The position numbers were made by a program, and so were the translations under genes. The notes beneath the pieces are model-generated. The model was not told the DNA's origin. It saw only the letters and a list, made by a program, of their open reading frames with translations, and searched no databases. 37,881 nt of DNA, taken from contig JAEOTQ010000076.1 of NCBI GenBank assembly GCA_016839785.1, positions 1 through 37,881 of the forward strand. The letters are read 5' to 3'. Of the stretch, positions 20,729-29,631 are shown piece by piece. This stretch comes from Candidatus Hodarchaeota archaeon. Its GTDB lineage: Archaea; Asgardarchaeota; Heimdallarchaeia; Hodarchaeales; Hodarchaeaceae. The first letter of the stretch is position 1, and each line of letters opens with the position of its first letter.

Positions 20729-21604
20729 ATGATCGATAAAGCATATATTGAGGCCGCCATAGAATCCTTAGATTTAGTTCTTCAAATTGCAAGTCACCTT
20801 CATTCTACACAACAATTACATAATATGAATGATTTTCTAACTCAAATTCACACTAAAGCCGAATCTAAAATCAGTTCTTCTCTCGGTCAAAGTTTAGGTA
20901 TATCAATACCTGTTGATCAGGAAGGAAAACCACCTAAGTATTGGGAAGGGGTTCGAGATATGGCTAAATTATCAGTAAAAAAATGGTCGGAATTGAACGA
21001 TATTCCCAGATATTTGGCATTCCTATCAGGTACTAGATCTAATCTTGCTGCAAAGATCGGGGTCCAAGTGGCCGCTAATCCCTTAGAAGATTTTGTAGGT
21101 GAGGCAACCGCTCAACCAGCTCAACCAGTTCCTGAACCAGCTAATCCATTAGAAGATATACTTAGTACCCCAGAACCAACACCAACGTTGCCTCCTTCAC
21201 CAATTCCAGAACCAGTTAGTCCAGCTGTTCCTCGACCTAAACCAGAACCCGTTCTCCCCGAAATAACACAGCCCGAACCTGTTCTCCCCGAAATAACACA
21301 ACCCGAACCTGTTCTCCCCGAAATAACACAACCCGAACCTGTTCCCGCACCCAGACCGATACAACCAGAACCCACACCACTAGCTGTTCCCGCCATCGAA
21401 ACTCCCGATAAATTATCTGCTCTGGATGAAGCCTTGCAGGCCAGTGGACTTGAAACCTCTACTCCTACTGAGCCTTCTTCCTCTCTTAGTGATATGTTAC
21501 TTGCAAAAGAGGATACTGGGGAAAAGAGTGATGAAGAAGACGATATGCTTTCACTATCTCTTCGTGAAGCCTTAAAGATTCTTCGTGATGAAGACGAAGA
21601 TTGA
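20729..21604 (+). CDS. Hypothetical protein: helical N-domain, Pro/Glu-rich repeat linker, acidic C-terminal amphipathic helix
   Basis: Long ORF co-oriented with, and 12 bp upstream of, the next gene. PEPVLPEITQ x3. Ends LSLREALKILRDEDED. Confidence 0.8.
   Translation: MIDKAYIEAAIESLDLVLQIASHLHSTQQLHNMNDFLTQIHTKAESKISSSLGQSLGISIPVDQEGKPPKYWEGVRDMAKLSVKKWSELNDIPRYLAFLSGTRSNLAAKIGVQVAANPLEDFVGEATAQPAQPVPEPANPLEDILSTPEPTPTLPPSPIPEPVSPAVPRPKPEPVLPEITQPEPVLPEITQPEPVLPEITQPEPVPAPRPIQPEPTPLAVPAIETPDKLSALDEALQASGLETSTPTEPSSSLSDMLLAKEDTGEKSDEEDDMLSLSLREALKILRDEDED
21241..21344 (+). repeat. In-frame 30-bp tandem repeat, three copies plus a partial
   Basis: Unit ACCCGAACCTGTTCTCCCCGAAATAACACA, near-identical copies at 21241, 21271 and 21301, with a partial copy at 21331. 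Confidence 0.95.
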
Positions 21605-21616
21605 GGATGAGGAATT

Positions 21617-22375
21617 ATGGCCACCAAAGACATAGTTATCACCTGTGTCTGGACAACAGATGGATTTGTTCTCCTAGACAAAAAGAATGAGCCGACTTCT
21701 GATGAAGCAGTTCTTCGAATTGATGAGGCTACAGAAACAATTTCTGTGTCTATTCCAAATGAACTATCCCTAATTACAAAGAAAATTATTGAACGACGAG
21801 TGCAATCGATAGCAAAAAGTGGTTTTTCCTTACCTAGTTCAAGCTTAAGAATAGGGGGAGGATTTAATGTTGAAATTAAGAAAACAGACGAAATACCAAC
21901 AGTGTTACTTCAAGAAGGTCATAAATACACCTTTGGCGAAGGGACTCTTCGTGAGAAAGAATCCATTAAACAAGAAATCCGTCCTAAGCTTCCTTCAGAG
22001 TTTGAGGATGACTATGTTCCCTCTTTCTTAATCCATGATCCCTCTGCTCCTCAACAACCACAAATTACTCAAGTTGTCAAGGAGATGGAAAAACCTGATG
22101 ATTTTACACAAGCAATAGATTCATCTGATGTTCAAAAGGTATTCCTGATAGATTCAACTTTGGAAAATGTAGCAGGTAGATTTGTAATTGCTTTAAGTGA
22201 ATATGGAGATATATACCTCAGTAGGCAGAAAGCTGTTTTTACCGTCGAATATTCCAAAGGGCGTATTGATTTTGAGGTCCAAGATGGAGAAATTAGCATA
22301 CTATCAACAGATCGAGTAGCTAAAGATGATGACTCCATTATATCTGCATTAGAACAAGCAAAAAGTGGAACATAG
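21617..22375 (+). CDS. Hypothetical protein with a possible divergent gelsolin-like N-terminal domain
   Basis: AVLRIDEATETISVSIPNELSLITKKIIERRVQSI parallels AVYIIVDEGVRKIFIWKGEEAPVRRKFISAKAAQQM in 28100..29041. GAGGA SD upstream. Confidence 0.7.
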   Translation: MATKDIVITCVWTTDGFVLLDKKNEPTSDEAVLRIDEATETISVSIPNELSLITKKIIERRVQSIAKSGFSLPSSSLRIGGGFNVEIKKTDEIPTVLLQEGHKYTFGEGTLREKESIKQEIRPKLPSEFEDDYVPSFLIHDPSAPQQPQITQVVKEMEKPDDFTQAIDSSDVQKVFLIDSTLENVAGRFVIALSEYGDIYLSRQKAVFTVEYSKGRIDFEVQDGEISILSTDRVAKDDDSIISALEQAKSGT

Positions 22376-22442
22376 ATAAATGTGCCTAAAAAGCACCTGA
22401 TAACCTCAGATGTACTAATGTGAATCTTAATTGAAGAGAACT

Positions 22443-24737
22443 TTATTCTAAATCTGAAGGGAGAATCTCCCTGCTTCTAGTGGTATAAGTTATAATTTCT
22501 TGGGTAAATAAATCAACAAGATGCCCATTTGTAGTAATTACTCCAACTAATTCCTCTTTTTCGGGATTTTTTGGTTCAGGGCAGATCAAGAGTTCTTCGG
22601 CATCTCTGATACAGCCCCAAAATTCAATTCCATCGAGTTGTTTTAACCGAATATTGGAGGAGGATACCACCTTTTTCAGAGTGGTCTTAGGGACTTTAAC
22701 AAAATCTCCAATAATGGTCACTCGTGTCTTAAATGGCAGTTTAGAAGCAGTCATAAGTGTTTGCAGTTCGGGACGAGGCATGAGAATTGTAAGAGACGAT
22801 TTTGTCCTTACAGTTAGATCACGAAGGAGCATGATAATAACTGGTTCTCCAACAACAAGATCGGTGTCAAGTAATGAGGGATCTAATTCATCTAATTCTA
22901 CAGAACTCATCACGTTGGTAATTTTGCTCAATTTCTGTTTCATTTCCTTAATAGAAAAAATCAGAGCAGAGACTTCATCTTCAAGTTGTCTTTCAGTTTT
23001 ACCTACAAATTCGTCAATCTCGATTTTCGTCCCATTCAGATATGAAACGAATGTTTCGAGCTGTTCATTTGCATAATTGGTAGTAAAAGTACTCAAACCT
23101 GAGAAATATGATTTTAAAGATGTATCGAGATCTATTATATCCTTAGATGTGTTATTAAGATTAGTTTTTACCTGATTGCTCAATTCACCGATTTTTACAG
23201 TTTTCTGGTCCAGTTCACTTTCTTCGATAACTTTAGATTTTCTTGTTTCAAAATTTACTATAGTTTTCTCTTTGAACTTAATAATAGACTTTAATATTGC
23301 CTCTGAAAGGACATTTGTGGAATTTTCAGATTCTAATTCTAGATCTTGTATCAATTTTCTGAATAAATTATCAGATTCACTCTTTAGTGAACTTATTTGA
23401 TCGTTAATTCCCTGTTTAATTGTTAATAATGAATCGTTTACTTCTTTACCTAGGTTCAGATTAAATTCATTTTCAATATTGTTCAATTGCTCTCTAAACA
23501 ATTTTCTTCTTTCTTCAAACACATCAATTGTTGATTCTACTCCCATATCTGTAGCGTTTACTATTTTTATCTCAATTTCAGCCAGAACTTGGTTAAGTTT
23601 TTTTAATATGTCGGCCTTTTCCATTGAAGATGTGACTAGTTGAGAAATTGCACTTTTCTCTTCTTGTATCATTTTGAGTTGATCAATAAACTCTTCTTTT
23701 CCTCTGAACATTTTCCGATTTTTTATTTCCGATGTTAAATCTGAAATCACATTTTCAATATTGTTCAGTTTAATAGGAATTGATGAGAATAAAGATTGAA
23801 GATTCTTTTCAGCGTCATGATATCCCGAGTGGAATTCCTCAAATTTAGGTCGAGTAGTCCTTGCATCATTTTTTATTAGTTCTAGCTTGTTTTTTGTCTC
23901 AAAGGTAAATTCTTCAACACTTTCGCGATTTTTAGCTAAATTAGTGTTAAAATTTTCTAGGATACGTTGATTTTCATTCATATGTTGAAAAATTTCTTTC
24001 CCGAACGCCTTGTTAATCTCATCAGATTTCTGAATCTGTTCTGTTCGAATTTCTTCAAGAGTAGAGGATATTTTTTGCTGAACAATCTTAAGTTGGTTTT
24101 TTACTACTGGGAGATTATTTTCGAATAAACTTGGAACTTTTTCGATTTCTTGAATATTTTCATTATTGAGTTGGTCATATAATTCAGATGCTTTATCAAT
24201 AATAGTCTCTATTTGGTCTTTTACAAATTGAATATCAGATTGAATAGTCTCATTTACTGATGTAACGAGATTTGATTGGTCTGTTGATATTGCTGAGAAT
24301 CCTTCAGTTATTGGATTCAAATTCTCTGAAAATTCTTGAGTTAAACTTGCTGAATGCTCTCGAAATTTATCTTCGGTGCCATTAAATTTATTTTGAAGTA
24401 ATTCAACGCTTCTTTCAAGAGCTTCCTTTGATTCTTTCCTGACATTATAAAGAGTTATCGGGTCGTATGACAGAAAAAAGGCCTTTAGGAAGGGTTGAAG
24501 AGCAATATACCGTCCAACTTTTCCAGGTATACGTTTTACCAAGTTACTACCAATGAGTACATTCAGAGCTTCCTGGGTTTGTATGAAATCAATCCCTGAA
24601 ACGAGACTAAGCTGACCCAGAGTCGCCATACCCAACGAAAGCAAGTTTATATATACAACACCCTGTTCATCCTCGGATAATCCAAGAATGTCAATGATAT
24701 CTTTTAGCTCAGATGATGAGATTTTCAGCCCGACCAT
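22443..24737 (-). CDS. TrmB-like winged-HTH, long coiled coil, C-terminal TrmB/PLD-like domain
   Basis: LGLSEDEQGVVYINLL...L..L...LV...PGKVGRYIALQP (TrmB HTH). About 500 aa of heptad-like helical sequence. RTKSSLTILMP...IRDAEELL in the C-domain. Confidence 0.8.
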   Translation of the reverse strand: MVGLKISSSELKDIIDILGLSEDEQGVVYINLLSLGMATLGQLSLVSGIDFIQTQEALNVLIGSNLVKRIPGKVGRYIALQPFLKAFFLSYDPITLYNVRKESKEALERSVELLQNKFNGTEDKFREHSASLTQEFSENLNPITEGFSAISTDQSNLVTSVNETIQSDIQFVKDQIETIIDKASELYDQLNNENIQEIEKVPSLFENNLPVVKNQLKIVQQKISSTLEEIRTEQIQKSDEINKAFGKEIFQHMNENQRILENFNTNLAKNRESVEEFTFETKNKLELIKNDARTTRPKFEEFHSGYHDAEKNLQSLFSSIPIKLNNIENVISDLTSEIKNRKMFRGKEEFIDQLKMIQEEKSAISQLVTSSMEKADILKKLNQVLAEIEIKIVNATDMGVESTIDVFEERRKLFREQLNNIENEFNLNLGKEVNDSLLTIKQGINDQISSLKSESDNLFRKLIQDLELESENSTNVLSEAILKSIIKFKEKTIVNFETRKSKVIEESELDQKTVKIGELSNQVKTNLNNTSKDIIDLDTSLKSYFSGLSTFTTNYANEQLETFVSYLNGTKIEIDEFVGKTERQLEDEVSALIFSIKEMKQKLSKITNVMSSVELDELDPSLLDTDLVVGEPVIIMLLRDLTVRTKSSLTILMPRPELQTLMTASKLPFKTRVTIIGDFVKVPKTTLKKVVSSSNIRLKQLDGIEFWGCIRDAEELLICPEPKNPEKEELVGVITTNGHLVDLFTQEIITYTTRSREILPSDLE

Positions 24738-25390
24738 AATTATTACCTATATTAGTTAATATCTGTGTTCTACGATAATCATGTACCAAGAAGCTAGTTA
24801 TTAAGTTATAATATATATTCGTAGGAGAATAGCCAATGAACCTAATTCTAACGTTGAAGGTAGGTCACTACCGATTGTCCTTCGGTCATAATTTTAGAGT
24901 AATTAGGAAATGTCATCAGTCCTTTTTTAATTTTGTATTCAACAGGAATGGATTATCAAGTGTAATTCTGTTGTTATGGGAAAAATCAAAGAATTGCCTT
25001 TCTTTGATTCTAGAACGAAAATTTTTTATCTGCTCATAATCTAGTATATTAGTTTCTTATTCTAACGGGAATTTTTTGTTAAGTTTACCCAATCAAGTAA
25101 TTTTTCTAATCTTTTCCTAATATCTCTTACGAAAGATTGAGGGATTTTAACTTGTGTCTAATTTATACTTGAATGCCCTGATATTACTGAATTAATTATC
25201 CTCTATTCAAATGATAAGGTAAGATTGAAACACAAAAGTAGTTAGATCATATAATGTAATTCTAAGATATTCCAAAACTAAATCAATTTATAATGGATAT
25301 CGAATTCTTTAAAAAAATGGCGATTTATGGCCTTATTATATCTAGTTCTTCATCTCGTAACCAATATCTTTTCAGTATTGATCTATTGTT

Positions 25391-25969
25391 TTGCAGATAG
25401 GAGCCTATAAGTTGTTATTGATGAAAGTTTGTCTATTAGGCGATGGTGCAGTCGGGAAAACAGCATTACGTGAACGTTATCTTGGGAAACAATTCTCGAG
25501 TGGTTATGTGATGACTATTGGCGCAGATTTTGCCGTTAAAAAGACTCAAATTTCCACTGAAGAAGGAAAAAAGAGTGTTAAGTTCCAAATTTGGGATTTA
25601 GCGGGTCAACCACGTTTTAACAGTGTTAGAGAATTATATTATAAGGGGTCGCATGGGGGTCTTCTAGTCTTTGATATCACTAGACGTGATTCCTTTACAA
25701 ATTTAACTTCCTGGATAGAAGAGCTTTATCGGAATTCAGGAAGAGGAATAATGCCAATAACCCTTTTAGGGAACAAAGTAGATCTTCGTAATGAGGTGGA
25801 AGACCCTGTTACACCAGATGAAGCCCAAGCTTATATTGAGGAAATTAAGGGTCAGTATGGTATAACTTTTGATGTTCCCTATCTTGAAACTTCTGCAAAA
25901 ACTGGTGAAAACGTTGATGAATCGTTTAATACTCTTGCTCATACGATTCGCAATTATCTAAGGAAATAA
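25391..25969 (+). CDS. Rab-like small GTPase (Ras superfamily)
   Basis: G1 GDGAVGKT, G2 TIGADF, G3 WDLAGQ, YYKG, G4 NKVD, G5 ETSAK. The real start may be a few codons downstream. Confidence 0.93.
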   Translation: MQIGAYKLLLMKVCLLGDGAVGKTALRERYLGKQFSSGYVMTIGADFAVKKTQISTEEGKKSVKFQIWDLAGQPRFNSVRELYYKGSHGGLLVFDITRRDSFTNLTSWIEELYRNSGRGIMPITLLGNKVDLRNEVEDPVTPDEAQAYIEEIKGQYGITFDVPYLETSAKTGENVDESFNTLAHTIRNYLRK

Positions 25970-25991
25970 TTTACAAAAGAGTGAATACTTC

Positions 25992-26543
25992 TTGGTGACG
26001 GTGTTTCGGATTGGCCATCGTATATTTCGTGATAAGCGAATTACTACCCACCTAGCCTTAGTAGCCCGAGCTTTTGGAGCAGTAGGTATTCAAATCGCTG
26101 GGGAAACTGATGAAAAGATAATAAAATCAGTTTCTAAAGTAGTTTCGGAATGGGGAGGAAAATTTTCAATTGATTTTCTACCTTATGAAGGATGGATTCA
26201 ATTCTTAGAGAATTGGAAACTGAATAATGGGAAAATCATACACCTCACAATGTATGGAGAAAACATATTAAATTTTCAAATGAATGAGAATTTCAAAAAC
26301 TTAGAATCTTCACGTGAGGAATTAAAAAAACTTTTAGTAATTGTAGGTGGGGAAAAGGTACCCGCCAAAGTATTCCAGTATGCAGATTGGAATGTCGCCA
26401 TTACGAATCAACCACACTCCGAAGTAGGATCTTTAGCGATATTTCTTGAGAAATTAGTCCCAAATTCATTGAAAATAGATTTTCCGAATTCTAAAAGACA
26501 AATTAAGCCTTCTCTTAAGGGGGAAAAAAAATACCTAAATTAG
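25992..26543 (+). CDS. trm56: tRNA (cytidine(56)-2'-O)-methyltransferase, aTrm56
   Basis: RIGHR..RDKRITTH..LVARAFGA, HLTMYG, VGGEKVP, NQPHSEV. Confidence 0.95.
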   Translation: MVTVFRIGHRIFRDKRITTHLALVARAFGAVGIQIAGETDEKIIKSVSKVVSEWGGKFSIDFLPYEGWIQFLENWKLNNGKIIHLTMYGENILNFQMNENFKNLESSREELKKLLVIVGGEKVPAKVFQYADWNVAITNQPHSEVGSLAIFLEKLVPNSLKIDFPNSKRQIKPSLKGEKKYLN

Positions 26544-27077
26544 GTGAGGATGATGCATAAGAATAAGCTACAGATAGGAGTAATTGGAGATTCAAAGATA
26601 CGCAATGATCTAGAATATGATATTGCCTATGAAATAGGTCAAGAAATTGCTCACTCTGATGCAATATTAATTTGTGGTGGAAGAGGAGGTGTAATGTCCG
26701 CAGCTATAAAAGGAGCATACGATGCTAATGGGATTTCTGTTGGAATTCTTCCTGCAGGAGTAGAAGATGAAGAAACATCTCCTTATCTAACAGTGAAAAT
26801 TCCTACCTATTTACAATGGGGACGGAATCCAATTATTGTCCTTGCAGCTGATGGTGTCATTGCTTTGGGTGGAAATGTGGGTACTCTTTCAGAATTATCA
26901 TATGCTGTCCTTTACAACCGACCGATCGTTTGTATCACAGCAATCGAAGGATGGAGCCAAGAAATCGGTGATCGGGGTTCGTTGCATAACCCACCTGTCC
27001 CAAACCAAATCTTATGTGCTGAAACAGGCTCAGAAGCTGTAAAAAAAATAAAAAACGCGATTTTATCCACCAAATAA
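26544..27077 (+). CDS. TIGR00725-type LOG/SLOG family Rossmann-fold nucleotide-binding protein
   Basis: IGVIG, CGGRGGVM, GILP, RN, GGNVGTLSE. Confidence 0.85.
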   Translation: MRMMHKNKLQIGVIGDSKIRNDLEYDIAYEIGQEIAHSDAILICGGRGGVMSAAIKGAYDANGISVGILPAGVEDEETSPYLTVKIPTYLQWGRNPIIVLAADGVIALGGNVGTLSELSYAVLYNRPIVCITAIEGWSQEIGDRGSLHNPPVPNQILCAETGSEAVKKIKNAILSTK

Positions 27078-27878
27078 TGAAAAAAGTCCCTTGTTCCCTT
27101 TTGGTTTCAAAAAATCGGAGACCCCATCACACAATCCTTTAAGTAATGAATCATGCTGAGCGTTTACAAGATCAGTATATTCTTCAATAATTGATGAATA
27201 TAGATCGTAATTTCCCGCTTCAACGGATTTGAAGAGGTGAGTAACTAATTCAATATATTCAGAGGTTTTTGGAAGAGATTTAGCCTCTTCTAGATACTTA
27301 CCACACCCCTCAATTTCATAAGCATTCAATTCCGCTAGTGTTAAATATGCTAACACACGTGGAGATGATGATGTTAATGTATTCCATTCCTTCAATACAT
27401 TAAAGCATTTTACATATTCCTGTTTAAACACTAAGAGTCCGGCATAATAATAGTGCAGATCTGCAATAATTTCCTTGGGATATTGCTTTCTGGTTATGGT
27501 TTCCATGATTGATTGTATAAAATCTTCTTGAGCAGATTTTGTTTCAAGAATCAGTTTATTAATAAACTTGGGAACGCATGAAGGCATATTATTTTCTCTT
27601 AACAATGCCAGTATATCGGGTATAAGCACAAACCATTCAATAATTCCAATTTTCTTTTTGAATAGAGGAATGGTACCTAAGATGAATTGACAATACAATT
27701 CCTCCATTTCTTTTGGAATTAGAATTTCATTGGTTCTCTTAAAGATCTGTAAAGCTTTGGTAGGTTGATTTAATCTAAATACCCGTCGTACAGCTCCTTC
27801 TATCAACTGCATACCATCGAAAATTTTCCCTGAGCTTAATGAAGTGAATCCTCTCTCAGTCCAATTGTCAATCTTCAT
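27063..27878 (-). CDS. Alpha-helical repeat protein, candidate Get4/TRC35-like (alternative: SNAP/TPR-like)
   Basis: All-helical 271-aa ORF. Segments GKIFDGMQ, DLHYYYAGLL and GLFSLFGG recall Get4. The CDS is well supported; the family is tentative. Confidence 0.6.
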   Translation of the reverse strand: MKIDNWTERGFTSLSSGKIFDGMQLIEGAVRRVFRLNQPTKALQIFKRTNEILIPKEMEELYCQFILGTIPLFKKKIGIIEWFVLIPDILALLRENNMPSCVPKFINKLILETKSAQEDFIQSIMETITRKQYPKEIIADLHYYYAGLLVFKQEYVKCFNVLKEWNTLTSSSPRVLAYLTLAELNAYEIEGCGKYLEEAKSLPKTSEYIELVTHLFKSVEAGNYDLYSSIIEEYTDLVNAQHDSLLKGLCDGVSDFLKPKGNKGLFSLFGG

Positions 27879-28099
27879 TTTTATGCGATTAAAGACAAGA
27901 CCTTAACTAAACAAAAAATATATCTAAAAATATAAGGTTGTTAAAAAGAAAGAAATTTATGAAAGAATTTTACATGCTTTATTGAGTCAATATATTAAGT
28001 GGATTTTAAAAAGCTGTATTGATATCCTCTAGATATAGAAAACCGCGAAAATCACCTAACTCTCATGATTTTGCACGTAAAACTGTGTGTTGATAACCT

Positions 28100-29041
28100 G
28101 TGAGCAACTCTGATCTTGTTAAAAAGTTTACAGTAAACGACGATGGAACTTTAACTCCATGTGATGTGTCATCTCTCGGAGGACTGAAAAATAATGCAGT
28201 TTATATTATTGTAGATGAAGGAGTAAGGAAAATTTTTATCTGGAAGGGTGAAGAGGCACCTGTACGAAGAAAATTCATTTCAGCTAAAGCTGCACAACAG
28301 ATGCGCCAAGAACAGTATGGAATGGTATATCGTATCGATAGTCTCGACCCTGGAATAGAGGGGAAGGATTTTCTTGCCATATTTGGAGAAATAGTACCAC
28401 AAACAGGAGCTTCGGATACAGATCAAGCTAGTACTGAAGTTATTTCACGTCCTAGATCTGCTCCTGCTCAAACTACGGTTTCAACCCCTCGTCCTGCACC
28501 ATCGGCAGCGCCAAAACCACGTCCAACTCCCGCTCCCTCTCAATCTCCAAGATCGGCCCCAAAACCATCGACTCCCTCACCACCTGCTCCGGTACCGACC
28601 GTTGTTTCCACACCTAAACCGAGTAGTGCACCGACGCCTTCACCTGTGTCAAAATCGAGAGTTGTGAAAGAAACCGAAGTTGTTGTTACACGCCAAGTAG
28701 ATGCTACACCCTCTACTCCTCTTAGTGTTGTCACTGACAAGCTAAAAGAATTAGACGTTCCATCTCATTTGGAAAGGGAAATTGTTATTATCGGAAATAC
28801 TGTATTTTCAGTCATAAAAGAACATTTACAACTTTTTTCAAAAGATGTCGTAAAGTTAGAGCCAATGGATGATTTACCTGCAGGAATATTCCCTGCTGCT
28901 CATTATGAGGTACGTCTATTTATTGAAGATGGCCAAATCCTCTTTATTGACATGTTGAGGGAAAAAACTCGCTCTGAACGAGACGAATTTATTGATGACA
29001 TGCGTCAATCGCTGCAAGATCTATCAAAAATGGGATTATAA
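28100..29041 (+). CDS. Gelsolin-like domain protein with a Pro/Ser/Thr-rich linker and a C-terminal domain
   Basis: VYIIVDEGVRKIFIWKGEEAPVRRKFISAKAA...DPGIEGKDFLAIF is a gelsolin-repeat signature, followed by about 100 aa of Pro-rich linker. Confidence 0.88.
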   Translation: MSNSDLVKKFTVNDDGTLTPCDVSSLGGLKNNAVYIIVDEGVRKIFIWKGEEAPVRRKFISAKAAQQMRQEQYGMVYRIDSLDPGIEGKDFLAIFGEIVPQTGASDTDQASTEVISRPRSAPAQTTVSTPRPAPSAAPKPRPTPAPSQSPRSAPKPSTPSPPAPVPTVVSTPKPSSAPTPSPVSKSRVVKETEVVVTRQVDATPSTPLSVVTDKLKELDVPSHLEREIVIIGNTVFSVIKEHLQLFSKDVVKLEPMDDLPAGIFPAAHYEVRLFIEDGQILFIDMLREKTRSERDEFIDDMRQSLQDLSKMGL

Positions 29042-29062
29042 TTAACGATTTGGGTTTTATCA

Positions 29063-29584
29063 ATGACAGGCAATAATGAATACTTACTCAAAATTTGTGC
29101 AATTGGATCTGGGAATGTGGGGAAGACTTCTCTGATTCGTCGATTTGCAGAAAATAAATTCGACACCAATTATTTACCTACATTAGGTGTTGACATCACG
29201 ACAAAAAAAATCGATCTTGATGAAATACAGGTCAAATTGATCTTAGTAGATACTGCGGGACAGGAGTTCTTTGGAAAATTAAGACCTAGCTACTATCGAG
29301 GAGCCTCTGCTTGCTTAATCATGTTTGCGCTAAATGATGAGAATTCTTTCACAGCTATCCCGAACTGGCGAAGTGAATTTCAAAAGTACATCCAACCCCC
29401 TGTACCAATTGCTTTAGCTGGGAATAAAAACGATCTGGTAGATGAAAGGGCAGTATCTGAAAAAGATGCTCGAAAGGTAGCTGATGAGCTAAATATGGCA
29501 TATTATGAAACCTCTGCAAAAGAGGGCGGTTCTGAAATCGAAGAAATTTTCCAAAGCTTAGCAAAACAAGTTATATCAAAATAA
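29063..29584 (+). CDS. Rab-like small GTPase
   Basis: GSGNVGKT, YLPTLGVD, DTAGQE, YYRGA, NKND, ETSAK. Confidence 0.93.
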   Translation: MTGNNEYLLKICAIGSGNVGKTSLIRRFAENKFDTNYLPTLGVDITTKKIDLDEIQVKLILVDTAGQEFFGKLRPSYYRGASACLIMFALNDENSFTAIPNWRSEFQKYIQPPVPIALAGNKNDLVDERAVSEKDARKVADELNMAYYETSAKEGGSEIEEIFQSLAKQVISK

Positions 29585-29631
29585 TTTGAAAAAAATCTTT
29601 TGCATACATTATCATCTCTATTAATTACAAG

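Noticed and set aside
21241-21344. 30-bp repeats as a CRISPR array
   Set aside because: Copies are contiguous with no spacers, lie in frame within a CDS, and no cas genes are present.
21121-21681. 186-aa Gly/Ser-rich minus-strand ORF with GSGCVISGRT repeats
   Set aside because: Mirror of the Pro-rich plus-strand repeat gene, which fits the operon context.
24836-25039. 67-aa ORF in the long spacer
   Set aside because: No recognisable motif or protein-like composition; likely chance.
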